Shown: piece by piece, positions 50,931-64,000 of the stretch
Numbering within the stretch: the stretch's first letter is position 1
Layout: each line of letters opens with the position of its first letter
Source: Tubiluchus corallicola
Lineage: Eukaryota > Animalia > Priapulida
Direction of reading: 5' to 3'
NCBI GenBank assembly: GCA_030141605.1
Contig: JAQGDQ010000081.1
Coordinates: 248,001 to 312,000 of the forward strand
Length of the DNA: 64,000 nt
The notes under the pieces: generated by a model
Seen by the model: only the letters and a program-made list of their open reading frames with translations
The model's database searches: none
Told to the model about the DNA's origin: nothing
Program-made: the position numbers and the translations under genes

Positions 50931-53900
50931 ACATGCCATAGATTAGCATTGGAGCATCAAGGTGTTCTGATCTGTGGGGTCAGACTTTTGATCGTTTGGG
51001 CGTATTGTAATTATATAATTATGTAAGAAGCTGGCTATTATCAGACTGGTTGCCATTTGCATTTTCGGTCTTTCAGCAAACAATTTTAGACATTGCATAT
51101 AAACATAGCACTCATTTTTGAGAAAGCTACTATATTAATTGACAATGAACCCAAAAAATATTTTGTTTTGAAAGTGAAATACTAGTGAAAATTTGCTTAA
51201 CTCCGCAAAAATTTAATGGCGGCAACTTTATTGCAGTGTTTTCTGATTATGCCATTGCTTTTACTTTTTATGATTGATGACACAGTGTAGAAGTTTTCGT
51301 GCATTTGTTAGTTCTAACACACCACAAACAGTGCTGAATAAGTTATCACAACAATGCTAACACACTGTCAACAGTTCAGTTGGTTGCTTGTATATTACCT
51401 GGATAGATCAATATGATGTTATATAATAATAATAATATCGCTTTTCTCTATTTTTGTGCACCTGTATGCTACATTATGGCAACGGGTGTTAAAATTAATA
51501 AACAAAATTCATTACTTATCGTGTGGTCAGGTTCAGTTGTAGTTCTTGATATGCATTTTGACTTTCAAAGATCATATTTTTTATGATGTCTGTTGCATAA
51601 CTGGACGAGAGAGAGACCCAAAACATGTGTAGTACTGTGTAAGGCACATATTGTGGTGAAGCAGTAAGTGCCATTGAGTTGTGGTTCAGCGTCAAAGTTC
51701 GGAACGGCAGAAACTGTGAAGAGATTGACGACGATGATGACGACACCTTTGTCAGAGGCAGCAACGGTAGTGCCAATGGATTGCGGTACTTACTTGAGTG
51801 CATGAGGATTTGGCAGAACATTATGGAAGGGGTGGTTAGAAAGTGCAATTTACCCCAGTCTGATTTAAAGCTTTTTCAGTGAATAAAAAAGCTAGATATG
51901 TGTATTTGACTACGAAATATGGAGTTTCAATGAGCTTGCTGGATTAACATGCCATGCCATAGATTAGCATTGGAGCATCAAGGTGTTCTGATCTGTGGTC
52001 AGATTTTTGATAGTTTGGGCGTATTGTAATTTTACAATTACGTAAGAAGCTGGCTATTATCAGACTGGTTGCCATTTGCATTTTCAGTCTTTTAGCAAAC
52101 AATTTTAGACATTGCATATAAACATAGTACTCATTTTTGAGAAAGCTACTATATTAATTGATAATAAACCAAAAAATATATTTTGTTTTGAAAGTGAAAT
52201 ACTAATGAAAATTTGCTTAACTCCACAAAAATTTAATGGCGGCAAGTTTATTGCAGTGTTTTCTGATTATGCCCTTGCTTTTACTTTTTATGATTGATGA
52301 CACAGTGTAGAAATTTTTCTGCATTTGTTAGTTCTAATACACCACAAACAGTGCCGAATAAGTCATCACAACAATGCTAACACACTGTCAACAGTTTAGT
52401 TGGTTGCTTGTATATTACCTGGATAGATCAAGATGATGTTATATAATAATAATAACGCATCTCTCTATTTTTGGTGCACCTGTATGCTACATTATGGCAA
52501 CGGGTGTTAAAATTAATAAAAACAATTCATTACTTACCGTGTGGTCAGGTTCAGTTATTGTTCTTGATATGCATTTTGACTTTCAAAGATCATATTTTTT
52601 ATGATGTCTGTTGCATAACTGGACCAGAGAGAGAGACCCAAAACATGTGTAGTACTGTGTAAGGCACATATTGTGGTGAAGCATTAAGTGCCATTGAGTT
52701 GTGGTTCAGCGTCAAAGTTCGGAACGGCAGAAACTGTGAAGAGATTGACGACGATGATGACGACACCTTTGTCAGAGGCAGCAACGGTAGTGCCAATGGA
52801 TTGCGGTACTTACTTGAGTGCATGAGGATTTGGCAGAACATTATGGAAGGGGTGGTTAGAAAGTGGAATTTACCCCAGTCTGATTTAAAGCTTTTTCAGT
52901 GAATAAAAAACCTAGATAGGTATTTGACTACGAAATATGGAGTTTCAATGAGCTTGCTGGATTAACATGCCATGCCATAGATTAGCATTGGAGCATCAAG
53001 GTGTTGTGTTCTGTGGTCAGATTTTTGATAGTTTGGGCGTATTGTAATTTTACAATTACGTAAGAAGCTGGCTATTATCAGACTGGTTGCCATTTGCATT
53101 TTCGGTCTTTCAGCAAAAAATTTTTAGACATTACATATAAACATAGTACTCATTTTTGAGAAAGCTACTATATTAATTGATAATAAACCAAAAAATATTT
53201 TGTTTTGAAAGTGAAATACTAGTGAAAATTTGCTTAACTCCACAAAAATTTAATGGCGGCAACTTTATTGCAGTGTTTTCTGATTATGCCATTGCTTTTA
53301 CTTTTTATGATTGATGACACAGTGTAGAAGTTTTCGTGCATTTGTTAGTTCTAACACACCACAAACAGTGCTGAATAAGTTATCACAACAATGCTAACAC
53401 ACTGTCAACAGTTCAGTTGGTTGCTTGTATATTACCTGGATAGATCAATATGATGTTATATAATAATAATAATATGATATCGCTCTTTTCTATTTTTGTG
53501 CACCTGTATGCTACAATATGGCTACGGGTGTTAAAATTAATAGAAACAATTCATTACTTACAGTGTGGTCAGGTTCAGTTATAGTTCTTGATATGCATTT
53601 TGACTTTCAAAGATCATATTTTTTATGATGTCTGTTGCATAACTGGACCAGAGAGAGAGAGACCCAAAACATGTGTAGTACTGTGTAAGGCACATATTGT
53701 GGTGAAGCAGTAAGTGCCATTGAGTTGTGGTTCAGCGTCAAAGTTTGGAACGGCAGAACTGTGAAGAGATTGACGACGATGATGATGACAACAACAACAA
53801 CATGAAAAACACCTTTGTCAGAGGCAGCAACGGTAGCGCCAATGGATTGCGGAACTTACTTGAGTGCATGATGATTTGGCAGAATATTATGGAAGGGGTG

Positions 53901-56900
53901 GTTAGAAGGTGGAATTTACCCCAGCCTGATTTAAAGCTTTTTCAGTGAATAAAAAAGCTAGACAGGTATTTGACTACGAAATATGGAGTTTCAATGAGCT
54001 TACTGGATTAACATGCCATGCCATAGATTAGCATTGGAGCATCAAGGTGTTCTGATCTGTGGTCAGATTTTTGATAGTTTGTGCGTATTGTAATTTTACA
54101 ATTACGTAAGAAGCTGGCTATTATCAGACTTGTTGCCATTTGCATTTTCGTCTTTCAGCAAACAATTTTAGACATTGCATATAAACATAGCACTCATTTT
54201 TGAGAAAGCTACTATATTAATTGATAATGAACCAAAAAAATATTTTGTTTTGAAAGTGAAATACTAGTGAAAATTTGCTTAACTCCACAAAAATTTAATG
54301 GCGGCTACTTTATTGCAGTGTTTTCTGATTATGCCCTTGCTTTTACTTTTTATGATTGATGACACAGTGTAGAAGTTTTCGTGCATTTGTTAGTTCTAAC
54401 ACACCACAAACAGTGCTGAATAAGTTATCACAACAATGCTAACACACTGTCAACAGTTTAGTTGGTTGTTTGTATATTACCTGGATAGTTCAAGATGATG
54501 TTATATAATAATAATAATATGATATAGCTCTTTTCTATTTTTGTGCACCTGTATGCTACATTATGGCTACGGGTGTTAAAATTAATAAAAACAATTCATT
54601 ACTTACAGTGTGGTCAGGTTCAGTTATAGTTCTTGATATGCATTTTGACTTTCAAAGATCATATTTTTATGATGTCTGTTGCATAACTGGACCAGAGAGA
54701 GATCCAAAACATCTGTAGTACTGTGTAAGGCACATATTGTGGTGAAGCAGTAAGGGCCATTGAGTTGTGGTTCAGCGTCAAAGTTCGGAACGGCAGAAAC
54801 TGTGAAGAGATTGACGACGATGATGACGACACCTTTGTCAGAGGCAGCAACGGTAGTGCCAATGGATTGCGGTACTTACTTGAGTGCATGAGGATTTGGC
54901 AGAACATTATGGAAGGGGTGGTAGAAGGTGGAATTTACCCCAGCCTGATTTAAAGCTTTTTCAGTGAATAAAAAAGCTAGATAGGTATTTGACTACGAAA
55001 TATGGAGTTTCAATGAGCTTACTGGATTAACATGCCATGCCATAGATTAGCATTGGAGCATCAAGGTGTTCTGATCTGTGGTCAGATTTTTGATAGTTTG
55101 TGCGTATTGTAATTTTACAATTACGTAAGAAGCTGGCTATTATCAGACTTGTTGCCATTTGCATTTTCGTCTTTCAGCAAACAATTTTAGACATTGCATA
55201 TAAACATAGCACTCATTTTTGAGAAAGCTACTATATTAATTGATAATGAACCAAAAAAATATTTTGTTTTGAAAGTGAAATACTAGTGAAAATTTGCTTA
55301 ACTCCACAAAAATTTAATGGCGGCTACTTTATTGCAGTGTTTTCTGATTATGCCCTTGCTTTTACTTTTTATGATTGATGACACAGTGTAGAAGTTTTCG
55401 TGCATTTGTTAGTTCTAACACACCACAAACAGTGCTGAATAAGTTATCACAACAATGCTAACACACTGTCAACAGTTCAGTTGGTTGCTTGTATATTACC
55501 TGGATAGATCAATATGATGTTATATAATAATAATAATATGATATCGCTCTTTTCTATTTTTGTGCACCTGTATGCTACATTATGGCTACGGGTGTTAAAA
55601 TTAATAAAAACAATTCATTACTTACAGTGTGGTCAGGTTCAGTTATAGTTCTTGATATGCATTTTGACTTTCAAAGATCATATTTTTTATGATGTCTGTT
55701 GCATAACTGGACCAGAGAGAGAGACCCAAAACATGTGTAGTACTGTGTAAGGCAAATATTGTGGTGAAGCAGTAAGTGCCATTGAGTTGTGGTTCAGCGT
55801 CAAAGTTCGGAACGGCAGAAACTGTGAAGAGATTGACGACGATGATGACGACACCTTTGTCAGAGGCAGCAACGGTAGTGCCAATGGATTGCGGTACTTA
55901 CTTGAGTGCATGAGGATTTGGCAGAACATTATGGAAGGGGTGGTAGAAGGTGGAATTTACCCCAGCCTGATTTAAAGCTTTTTCAGTGAATAAAAAAGCT
56001 AGATAGGTATTTGACTACGAAATATGGAGTTTCAATGAGCTTACTGGATTAACATGCCATGCCATAGATTAGCATTGGAGCATCAAGGTGTTCTGATCTG
56101 TGGTCAGATTTTTGATAGTTTGGGCGTATTGTAATTTTACAATTACGTAAGAAGCTGGCTATTATCAGACTTGTTGCCATTTGCATTTTCGTCTTTCAGC
56201 AAACAATTTTAGACATTGCATATAAACATAGCACTCATTTTTGAGAAAGCTACTATATTAATTGATAATGAACCAAAAAAATATTTTGTTTTGAAAGTGA
56301 AATACTAGTGAAAATTTGCTTAACTCCACAAAAATTTAATGGCGGCTACTTTATTGCAGTGTTTTCTGATTATGCCCTTGCTTTTACTTTTTATGATTGA
56401 TGACACAGTGTAGAAGTTTTCGTGCATTTGTTAGTTCTAACACACCACAAACAGTGCTGAATAAGTTATCACAACAATGCTAACACACTGTCAACAGTTC
56501 AGTTGGTTGCTTGTATATTACCTGGATAGATCAATATGATGTTATATAATAATAATAATATGATATCGCTCTTTTCTATTTTTGTGCACCTGTATGCTAC
56601 ATTATGGCTACGGGTGTTAAAATTAATAAAAACAATTCATTACTTACAGTGTGGTCAGGTTCAGTTATAGTTCTTGATATGCATTTTGACTTTCAAAGAT
56701 CATATTTTTTATGATGTCTGTTGCATAACTGGACCAGAGAGAGAGACCCAAAACATGTGTAGTACTGTGTAAGGCACATATTGTGGTGAAGCAGTAAGTG
56801 CCATTGAGTTGTGGTTCAGCGTCAAAGTTCGGAACGGCAGAAACTGTGAAGAGATTGACGACGATGATGATGACAACAACAACAACATGAAAAACACCTT

Positions 56901-59900
56901 TGTCAGAGGCAGCAACGGTAGCGCCAATGGATTGCGGAACTTACTTGAGTGCATGAGGATTTGGCAGAATATTATGGAAGGGGTGGTTAGAAGGTGGAAT
57001 TTACCCCAGCCTGATTTAAAGCTTTTTCAGTGAATAAAAAAGCTAGATAGGTATTTGACTACGAAATATGGAGTTTCAATGAGCTTACTGGATTAACATG
57101 CCATGCCATAGATTAGCATTGGAGCATCAAGGTGTTCTGATCTGTGGTCAGATTTTTGATAGTTTGGGCGTATTGTAATTTTACAATTACGGAAGAAGCT
57201 GGCTATTATCAGACTTGTTGCCATTTGCATTTTCGTCTTTCAGCATACAATTTTAGACATTGCATATAAACATAGCACTCATTTTTGAGAAAGCTACTAT
57301 ATTAATTGATAATGAACCAAAAAAATATTTTGTTTTGAAAGTGAAATACTAGTGAAAATTTGCTTAACTTCACAAAAATTTAATGGCAGCTACTTTATTG
57401 CAGTGTTTTCTGATTATGCCCTTGCTTTTACTTTTTATGATTGATGACACAGCGTAGAAGTTTTCGTGCATTTGTTAGTTCTAACACACCACAAACAGTG
57501 CTGAATAAGTTATCACAACAATGCTAACACACTGTCAACAGTTTAGTTGGTTGCTTGTATATTACCTGGATAGATCAAGATGATGTTATATAATAATAAT
57601 AATATGATATAGCTCTTTTCTATTTTTGTGCACCTGTATGCTACATTATGGCTACGGGTGTTAAAATTAATAAAAACAATTCATTACTTACAGTGTGGTC
57701 AGGTTCAGTTATAGTTCTTGATATGCATTTTGACTTTCAAAGATCATATTTTTTATGATGTCTGTTGCATAACTGGACCAGAGAGAGAGACCCAAAACAT
57801 GTGTAGTACTGTGTAAGGCACATATTGTGGTGAAGCAGTAAGTGCGATTGAGTTGTGGTTCAGCGTCAAAGTTCGGAACGGCAGAAACTGTGAAGAGATT
57901 GACGACGATGATGATGACAACAACAACAACATGAAAAACACCTTTGTCAGAGGCAGCAACGGTAGCGCCAATGGATTGCGGAACTTACTTGAGGGCATGA
58001 GGATTTGGCAGAATATTATGGAAGGGGTGGTAGAAGGTGGAATTTACCCCAGCCTGATTTAAAGCTTTTTCAGTGAATAAAAAAGCTAGATAGGTATTTG
58101 ACTACGAAATATGGAGTTTCAATGAGCTTACTGGATTAACATGCCATGCCATAGATTAGCATTGGAGCATCAAGGTGTTCTGATCTGTGGTCAGATTTTT
58201 GATAGTTTGGGCGTATTGTAATTTTACAATTACGGAAGAAGCTGGCTATTATCAGACTTGTTGCCATTTGCATTTTCGTCTTTCAGCAAACAATTTTAGA
58301 CATTGCATATAAACATAGCACTCATTTTTGAGAAAGCTACTATATTAATTGATAATGAACCAAAAAAAATATTTTGTTTTGAAAGTGAAATACTAGTGAA
58401 AATTAGCTTAACTCCACAAAAATTTAATGGCGGCTACTTTATTGCAGTGTTTTCTGATTATGCCCTTGCTTTTACTTTTTATGATTGATGACACAGTGTA
58501 GAAGTTTTCGTGCATTTGTTAGTTCTAACACACCACAAACAGTGCTGAATAAGTTATCACAACAATGCTAACACACTGTCAACAGTTTAGTTGGTTGCTT
58601 GTATATTACCTGGATAGATCAAGATGATGTTATATAATAATAATAACGCATCTCTCTATTTTTGGTGCACCTGTATGCTACATTATGGCAACGGGTGTTA
58701 AAATTAATAAAAACAATTCATTACTTACCATGTGGTCAGGTTCAGTTATTGTTCTTGATATGCATTTTGACTTTCAAAGATCATATTTTTTATGATGTCT
58801 GTTGCATAACTGGACCAGAGAGAGAGAGATCCAAAACATCTGTAGTACTGTGTAAGGCACATATTGTGGTGAAGCAGTAAGTGCCATTGAGTTGTGGTTC
58901 AGCGTCAAAGTTCGGAACGGCAGAAACTGTGAAGAGATTGACGACGATGATGACGACACCTTTGTCAGAGGCAGCAACAGTAGTGCCAATGGATTGCGGA
59001 ACTTACTCTAGTGCATGAGGATTTGGCAGAACATTATGGAAGGGGTGGTTAGAAAGTGGAATTTACCCCAGTCTGATTTAAAGCTTTTTCAGTGAATAAA
59101 AAAGCTAGATAGGTATTTGACTACGAAATATGGAGTTTCAATGAGCTTACTGGATTAACATGCCATGCCATAGATTAGCATTGGAGCATCAAGGTGTTCT
59201 GATCTGTGGTCAGATTTTTGATAGTTTGGGCATATTGTAATTTTACAATTACGTAAGAAGCTGGCTATTATCGGACTGGTTGCCACTTGCATTTTCGGTC
59301 TTTCAGCAAAAAATTTTAGACATTACATATAAACATAGAACTCATTTTTGAGAAAGCTACTATATTAATTGATAATAAACCAAAAAATATTTTGTTTTGA
59401 AAGTGAAATACTAGTGAAAATTTGCTTAACTCCACAAAAATTTAATGGCGGCAACTTTATTGCAGTGTTTTCTGATTATGCCATTGTTTTTACTTTTTAT
59501 GATTGATGACACAGTGTAGAAGTTTTCGTGCATTTGTTAGTTCTAACACACCACAAACAGTGCTGAATAAGTTATCACAACAATGCTAACACACTGTCAA
59601 CAGTTCAGTTGGTTGCTTGTATATTACCTGGATAGATCAATATGATGTTATATAATAATAATAATATGATATAGCTCTTTTCTATTTTTGTGCACCTGTA
59701 TGCTACATTATGGCTACGGGTGTTAAAATTAATAAAAACAATTCATTACTTACAGTGTGGTCAGGTTCAGTTATAGTTCTTGATATGCATTTTGACTTTC
59801 AAAGATCATATTTTTTATGATGTCTGTTGCATAACTGGACCAGAGAGAGAGACCCAAAACATGTGTAGTACTGTGTAAGGCACATATTGTGGTGAAGCAG

Positions 59901-62900
59901 TAAGTGCCATTGAGTTGGTTCAGCGTCAAAGTTCGGAACGGCAGAAACTGTGAAGAGATTGACGACGATGATGATGACAACAACAACAACATGAAAAACA
60001 CCTTTGTCAGAGGCAGCAACGGTAGCGCCAATGGATTGCGGAACTTACTTGAGTGCATGAGGATTTGGCAGAATATTATGGAAGGGGTGGTTAGAAGGTG
60101 GAATTTACCCCAGCCTGATTTAAAGCTTTTTCAGTGAATAAAAAAGCTAGATAGGTATTTGACTACGAAATATGGAGTTTCAATGAGCTTACTGGATTAA
60201 CATGCCATGCCATAGATTAGCATTGGAGCATCAAGGTGTTCTGATCTGTGGTCAGATTTTTGATAGTTTGGGCGTATTGTAATTTTACAATTACGTAAGA
60301 AGCTGGCTATTATCAGACTTGTTGCCATTTGCATTTTCGTCTTTCAGCAAACAATTTTAGACATTGCATATAAACATAGCACTCATTTTTGAGAAAGCTA
60401 CTATATTAATTGATAATGAACCAAAAAAATATTTTGTTTTGAAAGTGAAATACTAGTGAAAATTTGCTTAACTCCACAAAAATTTAATGGCGGCTACTTT
60501 ATTGCAGTGTTTTCTGATTATGCCCTTGCTTTTACTTTTTATGATTGATGACACAGTGTAGAAGTTTTCGTGCATTTGTTAGTTCTAACACACCACAAAC
60601 AGTGCTGAATAAGTTATCACAACAATGCTAACACACTGTCAACAGTTTAGTTGGTTGCTTGTATATTACCTGGATAGATCAAGATGATGTTATATAATAA
60701 TAATAATATGATATAGCTCTTTTCTATTTTTGTGCACCTGTATGCTACATTATGGCTACGGGTGTTAAAATTAATAAAAACAATTCATTACTTACAGTGT
60801 GGTCAGGTTCAGTTATAGTTCTTGATATGCATTTTGACTTTCAAAGATCATATTTTTATGATGTCTGTTGCATAACTGGACCAGAGAGAGATCCAAAACA
60901 TCTGTAGTACTGTGTAAGGCACATATTGTGGTGAAGCAGTAAGTGCCATTGAGTTGTGGTTCAGCGTCAAAGTTCGGAACGGCAGAAACTGTGAAGAGAT
61001 TGACGACGATGATGACGACACCTTTGTCAGAGGCAGCAACGGTAGTGCCAATGGATTGCGGAACTTACTCTAGTGCATGAGGATTTGGCAGAACATTATG
61101 GAAGGGGTGGTTAGAAAGTGGAATTTACCCCAGTCTGATTTAAAGCTTTTTCAGTGAATAAAAAAGCTAGATAGGTATTTGACTACGAAATATGGAGTTT
61201 CAATGAGCTTACTGGATTAACATGCCATGCCATTGATTAGCATTGGAGCATCAAGGTGTTCTGATCTGTGGTCAGATTTTTGATAGTTTGGGCGTATTGT
61301 AATTTTACAATTACGTAAGAAGCTGGCTATTATCGGACTGGTTGCCATTTGCATTTTCGGTCTTTCAGCAAAAAAATTTAGACATTACATATAAACATAG
61401 TACTCATTTTTGAGAAAGCTACTATATTAATTGATAATAAACCAAAAAATATTTTGTTTTGAAAGTGAAATACTAGTGAAAATTTGCTTAACTCCACAAA
61501 AATTTAATGGCGGCAACTTTATTGCAGTGTTTTCTGATTATGCCATTGCTTTTACTTTTTATGATTGATGACACAGTGTAGAAGTTTTCGTGCATTTGTT
61601 AGTTCTAACACACCACAAACAGTGCTGAATAAGTTATCACAACAATGCTAACACACTGTCAACAGTTCAGTTGGTTGCTTGTATTTTACCTGGATAGATC
61701 AATATGATGTTATATAATAATAATAATATGATATCGCTCTTTTCTATTTTTGTGCACCTGTATGCTACATTATGGCTACGGGTGTTAAAATTAATAAAAA
61801 CAATTCATTACTTACAGTGTGGTCAGGTTCAGTTATAGTTCTTGATATGCATTTTGACTTTCAAAGATCATATTTTTTATGATGTCTGTTGCATAACTGG
61901 ACCAGAGAGAGAGACCCAAAACATGTGTAGTACTGTGTAAGGCACATATTGTGGTGAAGCAGTAAGTGCCATTGAGTTGTGGTTCAGCGTCAAAGTTCGG
62001 AACGGCAGAAACTGTGAAGAGATTGACGACGATGATGATGACAACAACAACAACATGAAAAACACCGTTGTCAGAGGCAGCAACGGTAGCGCCAATGGAT
62101 TGCGGAACTTACTTGAGTGCATGAGGATTTGGCAGAATATTATGGAAGGGGTGGTTAGAAGGTGGAATTTACCCCAGCCTGATTTAAAGCTTTTTCAGTG
62201 AATAAAAAAGCTAGATAGGTATTTGACTACGAAATATGGAGTTTCAATGAGCTTACTGGATTAACATGCCATGCCATAGATTAGCATTGGAGCATCAAGG
62301 TGTTCTGATCTGTGGTCAGATTTTTGATAGTTTGGGCGTATTGTAATTTTACAATTACGTAAGAAGCTGGCTATTATCAGACTTGTTGCCATTTGCATTT
62401 TCGTCTTTCAGCAAACAATTTTAGACATTGCATATAAACATAGCACTCATTTTTGAGAAAGCTACTATATTAATTGATAATGAACCAAAAAAATATTTTG
62501 TTTTGAAAGTGAAATACTAGTGAAAATTTGCTTAACTCCACAAAAATTTAATGGCGGTTACTTTATTGCAGTGTTTTCTGATTATGCCCTTGCTTTTACT
62601 TTTTATGATTGATGATACAGTGTAGACGTTTTTGTGCATTTTTTAGTTCTAACACACCGCAAACAGTGCTGAATAAGTTATCACAACAATGCTAACACAC
62701 TGTCAACAGTTTAGTTGGTTGCTTGTATATTACCTGGATAGATCAAGATGATGTTATATAATAATAATAATATGATATCGCTCTTTTCTATTTTTGTGCA
62801 CCTGTATGCTACATTATGGCTACGGGTGTTAAAATTAATAAAAACAATTCATTACTTACAGTGTGGTCAGGTTCAGTTATAGTCCTTGATATGCATTTTG

Positions 62901-63729
62901 ACTTTCAAAGATCATATTTTTTATGATGTCTGTTACATAACTGGACCAGAGAGAGAGAGAGACCCAAAACATGTGTAGTACTGTGTAAGGCACATATTGT
63001 GGTGAAGCAGTAAGTGCCATTGAGTTGTGGTTCAGCGTCAAAGTTCGGAACGGCAGAAACTGTGAAGAGATTGACGACGATGATGACGACACCTTTGTCA
63101 GAGGCAGCAACGGTAGTGCCTATGGATTGCGGTACTTACTTGAGTGCATGAGGATTTGGCAGAACATTATGGAAGGGGTGGTTAGAAAGTGGAATTTACC
63201 CCAGTCTGATTTAAAGCTTTTTCAGTGAATAAAAAAGCTAGATAGGTATTTGACTACGAAATATGGAGTTTCAATGAGCTTGCTGGATTAACATGCNNNN
63301 NNNNNNNNNNNNNNNNNNNNNNNNNNNNNNNNNNNNNNNNNNNNNNNNNNNNNNNNNNNNNNNNNNNNNNNNNNNNNNNNNNNNNNNNNNNNNNNNGATC
63401 AGCATCAAAGTTCGCGACAATAAAGATCATGTTATAAAATATATCGCCTTTCTCGATTTTTGTGCGCCTGTATACTACATTATGGCAATGGGTGTTAAAA
63501 TTAATAAAAACAACTCATTACTTACTGTATGGTCAGGCTCATTTATAGTTCTTGATATGCATTTTGACTTTCAAAGATCATATTTTTTATGATGTCTGTT
63601 GCATAACTGGACCAGAGAGAGACCCAAAACATCTGTAGTACTGTGTAAGGCACATATTCTGGTGAAGCAGTAAGTGCCATTGAGTTGTGGTTCAGCGTCA
63701 AAGTTTGGAACGGCAAAAACTGTGAAGAG
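50931..63729. repeat. Tandem macrosatellite: 12 full units of ~1018-1046 bp, then a gap and a divergent partial unit
   Basis: Anchor GATTAGCATTGG recurs at 50941, 51962, 52980, 54026, 55045, 56067, 57111, 58154, 59173, 60215, 61235 and 62279; units are highly similar. Confidence 0.98.
63297..63396. other. Assembly gap (100 N)
   Basis: Run of N within the array; the true copy number is unknown. Confidence 0.99.
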
Positions 63730-64000
63730 CTGGGCAAATTAAACTTGGGTAGCTTACTGTGTCAGAAAGAGTAAGCAACCATGTGTGAAATACCTCTTGC
63801 GTAGCTATTTCATGGTAAGAGATCAGTTATACAATGCTAAATTTTGGCAATAAATGCAGGTACAATAATAATGGCGGAAAAAAATCGGATTATTAATAAA
63901 TATTATTAAATATCGACAATTTCTTATTGATAGCTATGTACAATTCAGGCCTTGTCGGATCTTATTTTAGATTAAAAAAGTTGTGATTGCCGTCTTTGTA

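Noticed and set aside
50931-63729. CRISPR array, or snRNA/SL/5S gene cluster
   Set aside because: Eukaryotic context with no repeat-spacer structure. U1-like (TTACCTGG), U2-like (GTGTAGTA) and Sm-like (AGATTTTTGA) words are short, isolated and lack the surrounding RNA sequence. No hammerhead core found in the unit.
51516-63737. Repeated short ORFs (e.g. WFSVKVRNGRNCEEIDDDDDD...) as a tandem gene family
   Set aside because: Plus-strand ORFs mostly start at non-ATG codons, show no recognisable domain, and carry frameshifts or stops in several units; the acidic run is just a microsatellite.

Overview
AT-rich eukaryotic (invertebrate animal; lophotrochozoan-like, not determinable exactly) genomic DNA with spliceosomal introns, so most short ORFs in the track are noise. 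Five recognisable genes: the 5' part of RABGAP1/GAPCenA (minus strand, runs off the left edge), an alpha-tubulin (plus) whose exon 2 lacks 8 nt and is frameshifted, a complete 7-exon OGG1 (minus), and two coding-intronless genes, HTRA2/Omi and WBP2 (plus). Between them lie decayed transposable elements: a pogo-type DD35D transposase, a CR1 LINE tail, a Harbinger fragment, hAT-like MITEs and tRNA/5S-derived SINEs. From 50.9 kb onward is a tandem array of twelve ~1.02-1.05 kb units with mosaic/higher-order variation, a 100-N gap and a divergent partial unit. I see no clear new multi-gene system. The best leads are the frameshifted K40Q tubulin, the macrosatellite and its relation to dispersed repeats upstream, the inverted MITE pair around intronless HTRA2, and orphan promoter/splice signals at 37-48 kb. 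All alignments were done by eye.
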